A stretch of DNA of 64,000 nucleotides from Mytilus edulis (lineage: Eukaryota). Made by a program: the position numbers and the translations under genes. This document shows positions 24,021 to 37,200 of the stretch, piece after piece; the stretch's first letter is position 1, and the number at the start of each line of letters is the position of its first letter. The stretch is taken from assembly GCF_963676685.1 (NCBI RefSeq), contig NC_092357.1:26908001-26972000 (forward strand). The letters run 5' to 3'. Below the pieces are notes generated by a model. It saw only the letters and a program-made list of their open reading frames with translations, did not search any database and had not been told where the DNA came from.

Positions 24021-26403
24021 CATAAACAAGCGCTTTATTAAATTAACGTAAAAGAACGGAGCAGGCAGACTGAATAAGTGACATGCTTAGACTATTTACA
24101 ATAACGTATTTAGCTTTTTGGAGAGAGCCAGTCTGTAACACATTTATGATATGACTGCTGTTGATTTAAAAACAGATTTAAATATTTTGTACCTCTACTG
24201 ATGCAGTCAGCTTTCAGCATAATGCAGGGTCAAAACGTTTCTGTATTCCAGATTCCGTTTGTTGTCGACAAAGAAGCTTTATACAAGCATCCATTGAATC
24301 CTAGAAGTTTGGAGTTAAATATAGAGTTGTAGCAACAAGCGTATTGTATTATACAGTTTCAAAAGTCCAAAATTATCATGTAATGATTTTAAATATTTAC
24401 GTGGGATTTTGATGACCACCTGTATTAGGCAAGATAGACAACTTTTTTGTACTTGGCTGTACAAAAGTTACAAAGAGCATCGTATCACAAATACAAGTAC
24501 AAAGAAACGCAGGAAATCATTGAAAGTTATAACAAAGCTAGTTAAAAAAAAGAAAGCGTCTGCAGCGTACCACAGTGTTGTCAGAGTCGAGTATATATCA
24601 TAATATTATTTAATTAATGATTTAAGTTGTGGTTCTTTTAAAATATATTTGACGGCTTGTTTTGAACCATAAACACAATCATATTAACATTGCATCATCG
24701 ATTTTTTATTCATTTCTACTAAGATATTTTTTTTAGACTGGTGAAGATAAAATGCTTTATACTGCAACTAGTTGTTATTATTTTCAAAATTTATTAACAT
24801 AGTTATATTTTGTACAATGTCAAATTCTTCATGAAGCACCTTTTCAACATTTAGAGGTTCATTAAGGGACGAAAATAAGTTTGAATGTATGTTACATTTT
24901 AAATAGCTATCAATTTATTAATATATGTTGCAGTATAAAAAATATATTTGGTCAATATCAGGAAAATATCAACTCGGAGCAAAACGGGGGAAAAACAGTC
25001 ACAATATGACGATAAACAATGATAAAACGTTGCTGTTGAGTTAACAATCTAGGATTACAATAATTTTCACAAACAAGATTGAGGGTAAATGTTATATCAA
25101 CTATTAACATGAAACTCTATTTTCAAACATATGGTTGAAAGGGAATGTTTGCAATATACGTGTACTTAAGTACTGATTACACTTTAAACACACTACTTTT
25201 TATCATATAAATGTGCAAAGTACTAAAATGCATTATAAAATAATTTTAAATATTTGATGGTAACTGAAGGATAGACACAAAATCTTTACGTGCAAATAAA
25301 AACATTAATATGTTAAACATGGTAATGAAATTCCGCTTAATTGTTCTTCTTCATTCAGGAGAAAGGAATGCAACGTTCAAAAAGTCTTTCACCCTCCTGT
25401 ATGTTTTGTCAACGGTTTGATTTTTTTCAATATCATGAGATTGTTGTTCAAATTCAAAATGATTATTAGTTTATAAACATCAAACTTTCAAAGTGTTTTT
25501 ATATTCTTACAAGATAGAAACTAAATAAATATATAGATATATTATTACAATAATAGTTTTTGTGGTTCATATTGCAAACCTAAACAGCCATGTATTTTCT
25601 TTTTTTTTGATAATACCTCTTCATCAGAAAGAAAAAAACAAGATACTTTGATGTGAGAGTGTGCATGTTCTAATAAAGCAAAACGTTGTTAGCGTTTGTG
25701 GTATGGGTGGTCGTTTGATTTTCATCTAGACTTTCGTAATAATCTCAGTCATTCTTATTGCTTCAAAATCTCTTCATTTAACTTCTTCTTTGAAAAACTT
25801 TAGCTTAAATCAATGCAAATAGTCTCGTATTACATTGTAAATGATAATAACATTTTATTTTTTCTTAGCGTCAAGTGTACTTTAACTTGTAGATTGGTAT
25901 ACATAACGAACGCCCCACTCAAATTATGTGGAAGCCAATAAAGTATATTTACTATATACATGTAATTAACTTCTTTTACTTAGTTATCTATGATGAATAA
26001 TCAATCACTGACTACAGCAGTGAACGTGTCATCTCTTTTAACACGTAAGCCACCTCAATCCAGTTTTTGGTTTTTTTATATTTACTTAAAGATGGCATCT
26101 ACGTCTTTTGTCTAATTTTCATTTGTTTCACAGATAGCACCACTGCTTGTATATTTAGGCTATTCTATAATATGATAAAAATGAATGCATAGTTAATGAG
26201 ATATATAAAGGACATTAAAATGATACAAATACGACCTAAACAGAGTATATGAATAGCAATGGTCACGCTGTTTTATCTTGTTACAACAGTATAAATCTTA
26301 CGAACATGTATCTATTAAACTGATCAATTTATAGAAAGACATGTGTTTCCTTATCGTAAATCAAATTAAAAACAAATGACAAAAGGAATATAGATAACAA
26401 TTA

Positions 26404-27324
26404 AAAACCAATTGTTCAGAGAACAATTGAAGGTCTTTCCACCAGTTAATATATATTTTTATATTAAAATATTAAAAATCAGTCTAAAATGTCAGTTAAT
26501 AGGGCTTTATGATGTATAGATATGAATTTAAAGCAAAGGTCAAAATCTAGAACGTCAAATTAACCTATGACCTTGACCTCAATTTCAAGGTCACAAACTG
26601 AGGATCTCAAATCAAAAGACCCTAGGTCTCTAATATGTATGGTTAATAAGTATATCACTTTACACATAATTTTAGATATGATAGGGGCAAACACTCCCAT
26701 TCATTGTGTACGCACCCTGTCAACTAAAATTATTAAGTTACGACATGTCGCAACTAACAATTTAGTCAAAATAATTTGTCGATATCTTTTACAGTTTCTG
26801 GAAATGAGTGGAAATGAGCCTAATTAGAAAAATAGAATATGACCTTGACCTTTGACCTTGACCTAATTTTCATTTTTTTGGACCAAGGACCTCAAATCAA
26901 AAGATCCTAGGTCTCTATCACTTATGGTTTACAAGATAGAAATGCATATCACTTAGATCAAATGCATTAGGGGAAATAACTCTCATATGGAGCATTCATA
27001 TCGCTTCGGTCAAAATAGGATAAATCATGAGAAGGATATAACAAGCAATTTTGTAAAATAAATTTGTCGTAATCTTATACGGTTGCGAAGGAGTCGTGAT
27101 TACAAGAAAAACAGTGTTTGGGGAGATAACTCCTACAAAGAAAAGTATTCGGTTACGCAGAGTAAATTTCAAAAGCGCATACACTGTTCGATATCATATA
27201 CCAAATATCAAAGCGACATATTAAGAAACAAATGTTTGTCGCAAGAACAAAATTTGGCGGAAGAAAAAAAAATAATCAGAAGAAAAACAATAGGTCTTTC
27301 CACAAAAAAGTAGAAAGACCTAAT
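26404..27324 (-). mobile_element. Helentron-associated non-autonomous element (HINE-like), apparently complete
   Basis: 5' hairpin AGGTCTTTC..GAAAGACCT plus a CTT-rich tract, 3' subTIR GTGGAAAGACCT plus CAATTGTTC/GAACAATTG hairpin and T tract, internal TGACCTTGACC repeats. It splits a segment that is contiguous in the paralogue near 36.1-36.6 kb. Confidence 0.75.
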
Positions 27325-27357
27325 TAAAAACCAACAGTTACTTAAAATCATCAAGAA

Positions 27358-28093
27358 CTATAAAGTGTCAAAATGTAAAAAAAAACAAGCACTGTCATTA
27401 TTTTTGATTAAGGATCGACACTGGAACGCACTGCTAAGTAATATATTGTCCCGGTTGTTTTTATCATCAAAATAGTTACCGTAATGATCGCAATGCAAAC
27501 AAATGAACAAAAACACATGATCTGATAACATCGGGATATCTGTCAAAGATAAAACCACCTAATAAGAAAACATGTATCTCCTATCAAGAGTAATTTAAAT
27601 TACCACACATAGATTAGTCATGTTGGTAACTTCAAGATAATTTGATCTTACATGGCCATACGTTCAATGCAAGATATATTTGTCACCGGACCTTAAACAT
27701 CCAACAATCAAGCAACTAGTTAAGATGTTTTAAAATAGATCTGTGCGTTTAATCACAAAGTAGTGAAAAAAATACTTAAAACCACAAACATCACAAACGC
27801 TACATTTGTTAGACTTCCAGCTGTAAGTGATTTATGTAGAAATGTCAAACAATTACTTTCGTTAACATCAACGGTATTTTTCCATATAACATTATTATTC
27901 ATAACATCTTAACGCTTTCTGTATCTTTTGATATCAGGCATTGAATGGATTGTATAATAAGGATAATACGTTTTTGTCATGATGTGATTAATGTCAGATA
28001 TAACTTACTGTCTTCTCAAAGTACACAATGTTCTGTGATTTCAATATTTTAAAGTAAAACAATACTTTAATCAACTCAATTACTAATTATATA
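27358..28093 (-). other. Candidate small-peptide gene or pseudogene (paralogue 1)
   Basis: TATATAA 28093-28087, donor GTAAGT at 28008, conserved ungapped block about 27405-27531; homologous to 35067-36161. Confidence 0.35.
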
Positions 28094-28979
28094 ACAAGTT
28101 CTAGTTTGTTAATTACTGGGCGACAATATACATAGTGTAATGCCAGGATTCATGTGTCTTTATCTGACCCATCCAATCTTGTCTAAATCCCATAATACAA
28201 CATATATATACATGATATACAACAGCGAGTCATCATATTTTTATTTAGATACACATTCTTTTGAATTAAACTGAATTTCTTCCTCATTTTATCCTTGTTT
28301 CAAAAATTCCAATATGGAACATCTATAATATAATTGTGGTAATGAACTGATATTAAAGTTAAAATTAGAAGCAGCAACCTAAAGATAGAAAAAAATATCA
28401 TAAAAAACATTTTGAAGAAAATAATGCTTTGAGTACTATAATTCCTTTGACATATTACTAAAAGCCCATCGACATATCACTAAGCATAAGTTGAATAATG
28501 TACAAGTTGCTAACCGATCGGGACAGAACAACACATTTAGTGATAACCATAGGATAGATTTACTCACACTTAACTAAACGATTCGGAACAGAATATGCAA
28601 ATCTCGTTAGAGAAAATCTGATAATTGCAGCAATTCATCAATGCCAAATAATGCTCCTTTTTGCAGTGTTTATATGTCTACTGTCTGATTAAAAACTTAA
28701 GTTCCCACCGAACTATGATATTAATCTAATATAAAATCTTTTTTTTAACATTTTATTATGACAGGAAATTGAAAAAAATACTATTACAAGGTTAATTTGT
28801 ACTGCCTCATCAACGTTGCATTATTCTGTTATATTAATAAAAAAAACAGTTATGAGTTGCACTGAACAAAACTAAGGTCATGCATTTTAATATAGTAATT
28901 TGGTCAAGTTAACAAAGGTTAACAAAAGATTTCAAGAGTATGAAATGATATATGAAAGTGTCTTTGATATCATTTAATA

Positions 28980-29243
28980 ATTTAATTTTGGATGTTAGGC
29001 GTCTTCTGATTAGCTGACGTTATTTTGTGATAGACCCATAGACATCAATGTTTTTTCATGGTTTTCTACGGTTAAAAATGGTATTTAGAATTACATTATA
29101 AGAAATTACTGTAATATTTTTATATAACATTAAAATGTGGTGCACACTGTTAAATAACCCGCTACGTGCGATATTCAATGTGCACATTTTTTTTTATGTT
29201 ATTTCTTCATAGACAGAAAAAAAATATTACAGTCATTCCTTAA
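28980..29243 (+). mobile_element. Hairpin-ended non-autonomous element (inverted copy at 60570-60797)
   Basis: TTCTGATTAGCTGAC start; TTACTGTAATATTTT / AAAATATTACAGTCA inverted arms. Confidence 0.55.
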
Positions 29244-29254
29244 ATGATAAACAA

Positions 29255-31480
29255 ACTATGGTGCATTTTAATGCATACAATTTAAACAAAAGTTAATCAA
29301 AAGACGCGGTGGGAATATTTTTGTCAAAATGCAATTAGATTACCACTATAGAAAACACACAGGAGAAATACAAGACATTACATAATATTCTGCAATTAAA
29401 GTTACTTCATTAGTAATTGTCAGACAATTAATTATAAGCAAAATAATAATTCATCAGGTGTACTTAAAAGTCTGCTCACTTTCGCTACACAAGTTTTGCT
29501 GTAGAATTATATTTCTTCGAATGTGTCTTCTATACTTGTAATACTATACATGGTTACTATAAACATTTATTGCAATGAATTAGAGACAGATTCTCTGCTT
29601 TGTAACAAACGAGTTATTGTCCTGCCCTTGTTGTCCGTGTCAAAGAGATAACTGACTGAACACTAGTTTATCACAATTGTATAATATCAATAAATAAATA
29701 AAATCCTCATATTTTTTAAGTAATCTTGTTAATAACATTCTGAAAACAATAGCGCAAAAAAATACACAAATGTGTTTTTCAAAACAATAGAGTGAAAATA
29801 AAAAAAAATCCAAAACTTCCGAGAAAAAGAGGAACATAACTCAATTAACAGTATCAAAGTCTTGCTGTAAATGCATTACAATCTAGATATCAGTGTGCTC
29901 ATTCATATTTTCTCTACTTGAATTCTTTATTCATTTCTTTGCATATTTAAATATAATTATATGTATGCATATATGCACTTGCTTGATGACCATACACCTT
30001 TATATTCTAACAATGGAACATGGAAGTACTATATTATTCATGACCAAAAAAACACACACACACTAGATAAAACCTAAAATTGACGTGCATGGCTGTTCTT
30101 TAATATAATGTAGTATTTGGCTGCATGCATTGATTCTTCATCGTATTTTGCTTTACGTCCACTGGCAAATAGTATATGTGTATTCATTAAAAAACGTCTA
30201 GTGACAATTTGCCATGTATCATTACATTTAAAGGAGAAGACCTCATTTTGTGTGTCGCTTCTCTTCCTCCCACAATTAGCTTATCGTCATGCCTCTATGT
30301 CTTATGCATAGTTGCATAGTTACATTTGTCATCCATTCTTATGATTATTCAGTTTTGGTTATTTTTGGAGAAAAACGATAATATAGACGTCCTGATATGT
30401 TTCCATCATCAGACCGACGTTAAAGTCAGTCATGACTTCTTATATCAACATTGATAACCAATCGTATGATAGATAACAAAAATGAAAATAAATAAGCCAA
30501 TTTGAGCGTGGTCTATATTGTGGGTTTTAGATCGTAATAACCGCTAATTTTACTTGAATTATTTGCACAAGTACACGGATGGGGACAGAGCGATCATTTA
30601 CGCGTTTATCTGCATGTATACCATGAATAATATACAAATTTACTATATAGAGACTCTAAAGCAGTACATGCATGATTGCCGTAGAGAAGAAAAGATAGAA
30701 TTAATATTTAATAGCAAACACACTTTATTTATATTGATTGATTGATTGTTGGTTGCTTAACGTTCAGTGTCTAATATCTCATACATGTTAAGTCCATTTT
30801 ATTTATAATAAAGAAACGTATGTTCATAGTATACCATAATGAGACAATAATGGACTATTATAGAAAACAAAATAATAACGAGCTTTAAAAGAACAAGAGA
30901 GAGGGCTTGAAAACATTGTCCCGGTTCCATGTACTTTTGTATTTTTTTATATCATTTCTAAAATCCTCCAGACATACATCTTTTACCAAAATCCATTCTA
31001 AAACAGATAACATACTTCCATTCAAGCATTTAAGCCCGCTATTTCGCGGTCTAGTGGTTATGACACAAAGACCACTTGAAGTATTATATGTATGTTCATG
31101 ACACAACGACCAGTGGCAGTAAGAAATGTATGTTCAGGAGAAAACACATTCACACGTGCAGGGTCAAGACGAGCCGTTCCATGTTACCAACCTTAACATA
31201 ATAGTTCGATATATACAATAAATATTACATTTCCATTGAACAAAAGGTTGGCAATAATCAACACTATATGTAAATTTACTTACAAGCGTATAATATAACT
31301 GACTATATAAAGTCAACACAACCAGTTGAGAATACATTTGTTGTCAATTTAATCTTTAAATACGGATTTTTTACAATCTCTCAACACAGCAATTGAGACA
31401 AACAGTGACAAAGTATCGAATCAGATGACGTTTTGTATATTGGCACATGTACGCATAGTTTGTATAATTGTTATAAGCAT
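29255..31480 (-). repeat. Duplicated unit R, copy c (inverted, with insertions)
   Basis: ATGGTGCATTTTAATGCATACAA...AAAAGACGCGG is the reverse complement of 10325-10380; 39 bp repeats at 30150-30220 and 31050-31140. Confidence 0.7.
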
Positions 31481-31489
31481 CCAATAAAA

Positions 31490-31818
31490 CAATATGATCG
31501 TGTATTGTCTACTTTTTATCACGAAAATTTGGGTTGGTCTTACATTTTTACCTATTATGTCTGTTTGTTTTGTTCACGCATCGGTGACTATATAATGGAA
31601 TTTGATGCGACTGTCATACAAGTGAGAGGTTTATCTAGCTATAAAACCAGGTTCAATCCACCATTTTCTACATTTGAAAATGCATGTACCAAGTCATGAA
31701 TATGACAGTTCTTGTCCATTCGTTTTTGATGCGTTTTGTTATTTGATTTTGCCATGTGATTATGGACTTTCCGAATTGATTTTCCTCTGAGTTCAGTATT
31801 TTTGTGATTTTACTTTTT
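31490..31818 (+). mobile_element. Family B twister-bearing PLE tail
   Basis: Near-identical to the reverse complement of 713-1010. Confidence 0.85.
31608..31710 (+). ncRNA. Twister ribozyme-like motif, family B, with compensatory P4 change
   Basis: CGACUGUCAUA-CAA-GUGA-GAGGU...AACCAGGUU-C/AA-UCC-AC-[P3]-CAUG-UACCAAGU-CAUG-AA-UAUGACAGUU. Confidence 0.75.
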
Positions 31819-32724
31819 ATAGTACATAAAACATGCAAGTTATAACTGAAAATTAAAAAATGTTCCGTGTAAGACTATATATACTAGGAGAGACAGAGGA
31901 GAGGTATCTCCTATATGTATGTCGTATGATAGCCTTTGATACAACTTTCATATCGAGACTAGATAACAGAACTACATTGTAAACATATAAGTCTCCGTGT
32001 GGCCTTCAAGAATGAGCAAACTCAAACCAGAGAAAGTCTCCCATGCTACTATATATTTCTGGAGGCAAATATATATATATGCCCTATAACCGTAGTGTTA
32101 GCCAATATTTACAATAAACATGAAGCTGCCAGTGATTTGTTTGAGAATATATGAAAAAATAACATCATAAATTCGTTAACTGCAAACATATTTAACTAGT
32201 TAAAATCTAATTAAAAAAAAACAACAACAAAAAAACAGAAAATAAACATGCTACCTAAACAGCAGTTTGTTTCTTTTCAAGAATATTCGATATTCGTTAT
32301 TGTTTTCAATAAGTTATAAATTAAAAGTAATGTTTTAGTAACCATTAGAAAACATATGAACATCATCATTAATATGTGTAATATAATCTAATAATTATGT
32401 ATTTGATGTTATCCGAATTTTACATCTAAGTACTTCCCCGAGTGATTAATGGAATATAACCGGGAACATCAGGAGGAGCTTAGACTCGTGAAGGATATTT
32501 CAAAAGGCAATAAATATTTAATTATGTTATTAAAAAAAAGAAGAAAACAAATCAAAATCAAACTTACCTGAATGTGGTAAAAATAAAATGTGGATACTAT
32601 TTATCAAGTATGATAAGTCTTATCGTCACAAAATGTCAATTATGTTTGAAAATATGTTATACACTTGCATCTAAAAGTTTCTGTCATAATTTGAAGGTAA
32701 ATGAAAATAACACGTTGCTGTTTT

Positions 32725-33815
32725 ATTGACGATCTCAAATCACAAGAATGTTAACAAGCAAGATTGATGGTAGAAGTTATTACAACAATTAGTAGAAATC
32801 TCAATACCCAAACGTATCAATGAGATTTAATATTTATAAAACGTGCACAAACATATTGATTTAACGTAGGAAAGAATCTAAAATTACATATTCATATAAT
32901 GTAAATTAAAGTACATTGTCACTGTTTGTCTCTCATGCTGATTGAACAACATTTTCGTGACTCTTTAATTGTTTAAATTCCTGACACAATTATTCTGAAC
33001 TGTTAGTGTTGATTTTGTGTAATATAATATATTTGCTGGTAAAGCAGAAGGTTCACAAAGGGTTAAAATTGGCCCTACATTTTTAATGGTTTTTAAATTG
33101 GGACAAACAGTTACAACTTTCATATAGAAATACTTATGATAATACTATTTAGACTAAAATATACTTTGTTGACACCTTCCTTTAATTTTTTTTTAAAGCT
33201 ATGACACCTTAATTACACATTACTTGTATTTTAGATCAATTTTGGTCTATTTTTTTCCGAATTTTAATTGTTTTTGGCATAATTAACATTGGCCGCCTTC
33301 CACGATCCAAAATGTTTTTATATTAATGAATTATATATTAGAATTTGAATCTTTTGGTTACAAAACGTTTTGGATCGCGGGTGGCGGCCAACTTTTTCCT
33401 AAAGCTTTAAGGTCTGAAAATAGCACAAAATCATCATATTTTGACAAAATGTCCAAACTGGGCCTAAGTTTGACAATATTACTTTATGAGAAAACAATGA
33501 TTTATTCAGCATTTAGGTTTTTGAAATAGATCCATTTACGAACTAAATTTTGAAATTTTTGGTGTTTTATGATAAAGTTGATGTTTTAGGCCATTTGTAT
33601 TGCATTTAACATATAAATGTCTGTTTTATAGATGTTTTGTAAATATTTTATACATTATCTTATATTCTTTACAGCAGTGTTTATGTTCTCATTTGAAAGC
33701 ACTTGATGCATTAATTTTACTTGTAGTCTGATGTTACTCTGTCAACTGATAATCGCTTCGTTACAAGGAATACGTGAATTGCGGAAAACCATGTGTTTTT
33801 TTTTTCCAAGTGCAT
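32725..33815 (+). repeat. Duplicated unit R, copy d (middle replaced by an insertion at about 33045-33610)
   Basis: TCTCAAATCACAAGAATGTTAACAAGCAAGATTGA is identical to the sequence at 8507; the right part matches 10075-10290. Confidence 0.75.
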
Positions 33816-34097
33816 TCGCCAATAAGGATAATATATTAGTTTTCGGTTACATTTTAATGTTGTTGCGGAATTGATATTATTCTTAACTTGTATTAAATAT
33901 GTCATCTGTAAGTTCAATGCTTCTTTTAGGACAGGTACGTTCATTGCAGAAAAAAGCCACTGTCTTATTCGTGTGTTTGTTATAGTAGGTACCAGAATAT
34001 CATAGCTTGAAGAAATGCACTGCATTTTATAGTTTATTTTAATTTAAACTGTTGATTTTTACTAACGTTAGTGATAGGCTTCGTACAATAGTATAAC

Positions 34098-34793
34098 CAG
34101 TCAGAGGCATTACTTCAACAAGTAACATTTAAAATTACCTAAACATGTAATGTTGAAAACGAGGCCATTTTAAATATTTCTTATATAAGTAACTTTTCTA
34201 AATATTATTTTTATAGGTGTTCAACTTTACAGATTTTACTAGCTTTAACAAATTTTCACGGTCATCTGTCTATTTTTCCCATGAAGTAGAAAATCTAATC
34301 TTTCTGAAACTCTAATTGCCTTTCTGATCCACTTATCTTTCATATCGACGCTTTTGGGTCAAAGATTTGTCTCTTGGGACTGTTAAAATATCGTTTTCCT
34401 CAAAAATCTTGAAGGTAGACAGAAATAAATAGATAGAAACTTGTAAATTAAATAAGACTTGAAGATATTTATAATTTGTAACCCAAAAAAATTACATATG
34501 TTCCTAAAATAAGTGTTATTACTAAGTCTTTCAAAGATGTATAAAATAACTTATTCAGGTAATATTTTTGTCATTATTTTTTAGGTAATCCTTTATCTCT
34601 ATACTCCACTAAAATCTAATGAGTTCTTAATTTTATGATATAAAATGATGTAAATATTCATGAAAACTACACTTAGTCCATGCTTCTATTGAAATTTGAA
34701 ATAACTCTATTAAGTCATATTTTGATTTTTAAAACAAAAATTACTATATAAGTAACTAAAAAAAATTACTTGTTTAAGTAATGCCCCTGACTG
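34098..34793. mobile_element. MITE with about 28 bp TIR and 5 bp TSD (ATAAC)
   Basis: CAGTCAGAGGCATTACTTCAACAAGTAA / TTACTTGTTTAAGTAATGCCCCTGACTG; ATAAC at 34093-34097 and 34794-34798. Confidence 0.75.
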
Positions 34794-35066
34794 ATAACAG
34801 ACTTCAACAAAATGTATTCTTTTTATCTTGATAATTTATTATGTGAGTAGAGATCCCGAATTTGATATGGATTAACACCAGGACGGTATCATAGTTGGAC
34901 ATTTCAAACAAAAACATGTTAATTTCATATTTCAATCGAACATCAGCTATTGTATATCCAATACCTATCATTAAATGTCAATGTTAGCTCAACATTATCT
35001 GAAGCACGTATATAAGTATCAATGCATATCCATCTTCGTCCACTAGATCAACAAATTAGAGATAGT

Positions 35067-36161
35067 TATAAAATTAGTATCTACCATTTATGTATAGTAC
35101 TGTTTTATCTTGAAATATGGAAAACAGAACCTCGAATATTTTGAGAAAACAGTAGGTTCTGACTTGAATAACATCATGACATGAAAATTCTTATCGAAAT
35201 TATATAATTAAACCATAGCCTAATATCAAACGATACAGAAAGCGTTAATATTTTATGGATTAAATGTAAAATCGAAAAATACCTTTGAAGTTACTAAACA
35301 TTACTTTTTTTCAAAATAACAAATGTATAACAGCTGCATGTTAAGAATTGGTCTGTAAGTAACACACCTCTTTCATTTTTGATAAATTTATAGTTATACT
35401 CAATATTCGATTGTGATAATCTTTATCATTTTATCTGTTCGTTAGTAAAATAATACAATAAAAATTCTTGATACACTGCATGTACAAAATACCAATTATA
35501 AACTGAAAGACAAAATTTAATTCTACAAACTGCATAAAAAATAATACATGCATTCATGCATCATATCTTTGTATTGCTTTTATTATCTCCATTGGTTTGT
35601 GTAGTTTGCAGAGGTTTCCCATGTTGAAATGTTGAAATTTATTATGAATTTCTTATTGGTTTATGATTTTCTCTTTGTATAAAACAAAAGCAGTGTAAAT
35701 AGTATTTAATTTTATTTTACTTCTCACCGTTTTGGTTAAAAAAAGATATACGTTTTGGTTAAAAAAAGATATACATTTGGAAAGCAATTACAATAAACAG
35801 ATTTGCTTGACTGTTTGTTGTTATAGATTCAGTGTCACATATTTCTTAAATTGTAGGTTGGCCATGTGTTATCATATTAGCTTGTAGTAACCAACAAGAA
35901 TCAATTGTTTTAAGTAATACATAGTTCCCTTTATATTTAAACTGTGCAGAGGTTTTCGAATGAGCACATGTGGTTGTATTGTTGACACTTCTATCGATGT
36001 TATCAGATCATGTGTTTCTTTTCAATTGTTTGAAATGCAATCCTTATTGTTACTATTTTGTTGATACAAACAACCGTGTAAATATAGCACTTGGCAAAAC
36101 TTTCAAGTGTCGGTCCTTAATGAAGTTTTTTTTTTGTAAAATTCTGGATGATGTTGAGTAA
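35067..36161 (+). other. Candidate small-peptide gene or pseudogene (paralogue 2)
   Basis: TATAAAA 35067, donor GTAGGT 35152, ORF MLSDHVFLFNCLKCNPYCYYFVDTNNRVNIALGKTFKCRSL from 35997. Confidence 0.3.
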
Positions 36162-36754
36162 CTTTTAATTGTTATCTGTATTTATTCTATCATTTGTTTT
36201 TCAATTAATTTAAGATAATTTGTTTATTGCAGAATAATATAAGCCAGTCCTAAATCAAGATTCATGACAGTGCTTGGGTTTTTTTTTCTCTTCAATTTGA
36301 TTGTTTGTGATGATTTTATGTTACTGTTGGTTTTATATTTTAACTTTTTTCACACTGTTATTTGTTTTTTTCATTTTATTTACGATAAATATGTCTATTG
36401 CAAATTACCGAGTGTCAGTCCCAAACCTAAACTTTTTACAGTGCTTGCTTTTTTGTTTGTTTTACTTTCAATTGATGATTTAAATAATTGCTGATATCTA
36501 ATTGTTATTTATAGTCATTCTGTCATGTGCTTTTCATTTGATTTACGATAAATAAGTTTAATGCTGACGACCATGTGTTCCCCTTGTGTTTTATATAAAT
36601 TATTAAATTACTCTCTGGTTAAATGACACACAGTGTATATTTTGATTAATTTTGATTGAAATTGTAACGGTTTTATTATGCAATATTGTTTGGTTTTGCT
36701 TACTTAAATATCATAGACTCTTTAACTTTTTTTGATTCACGTTATTTATTTATT

Positions 36755-36835
36755 TGTCACTGAGTCTTTTGTTCACGAAACGAGCGTCTGGCGCAAATAC
36801 AAAATTTAAATCCCTTGTATGTTAGATGAGTAAAT
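36755..36835 (+). mobile_element. Retrozyme fragment with deleted hammerhead core
   Basis: GTCACTGAGTCTTTTGTTCACGAAACGAGCGTCTGGCG. Confidence 0.65.
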
Positions 36836-36984
36836 TCAAATAGTATGGATAATCGAATGAAAGGTATCAAATTATTAAACTTTCTTTTACTATGAAAATA
36901 ACAAAATTAAATATTATTTGTTAACCAACTTAAACATTGAAGGCAGTACGAATCGATACCAATTTTAATGCATTAAGTTTGACA

Positions 36985-37200
36985 AAATTTCATGAACATT
37001 TTTAGATAATAAGGACATAATATGCACATGTGCATATAGAGAGGACATTATAATTCACACTTTTTTCTAGGAGTTATGACCCTTTGAACTCATTTACCTC
37101 AATATACTACTGCCACAGTTAGTCATTGCAACTCCTCTGAAACCACACAACATAATTTCATGAAACGTTTTAGATAATAAGAAAATAGTATGTCAGTCAG
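36985..37200 (+). repeat. About 165 bp HINE/satellite-like repeat (1.3 units)
   Basis: AATTTCATGAA...TTTAGATAATAAG at about 36986 and 37154. Confidence 0.5.
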
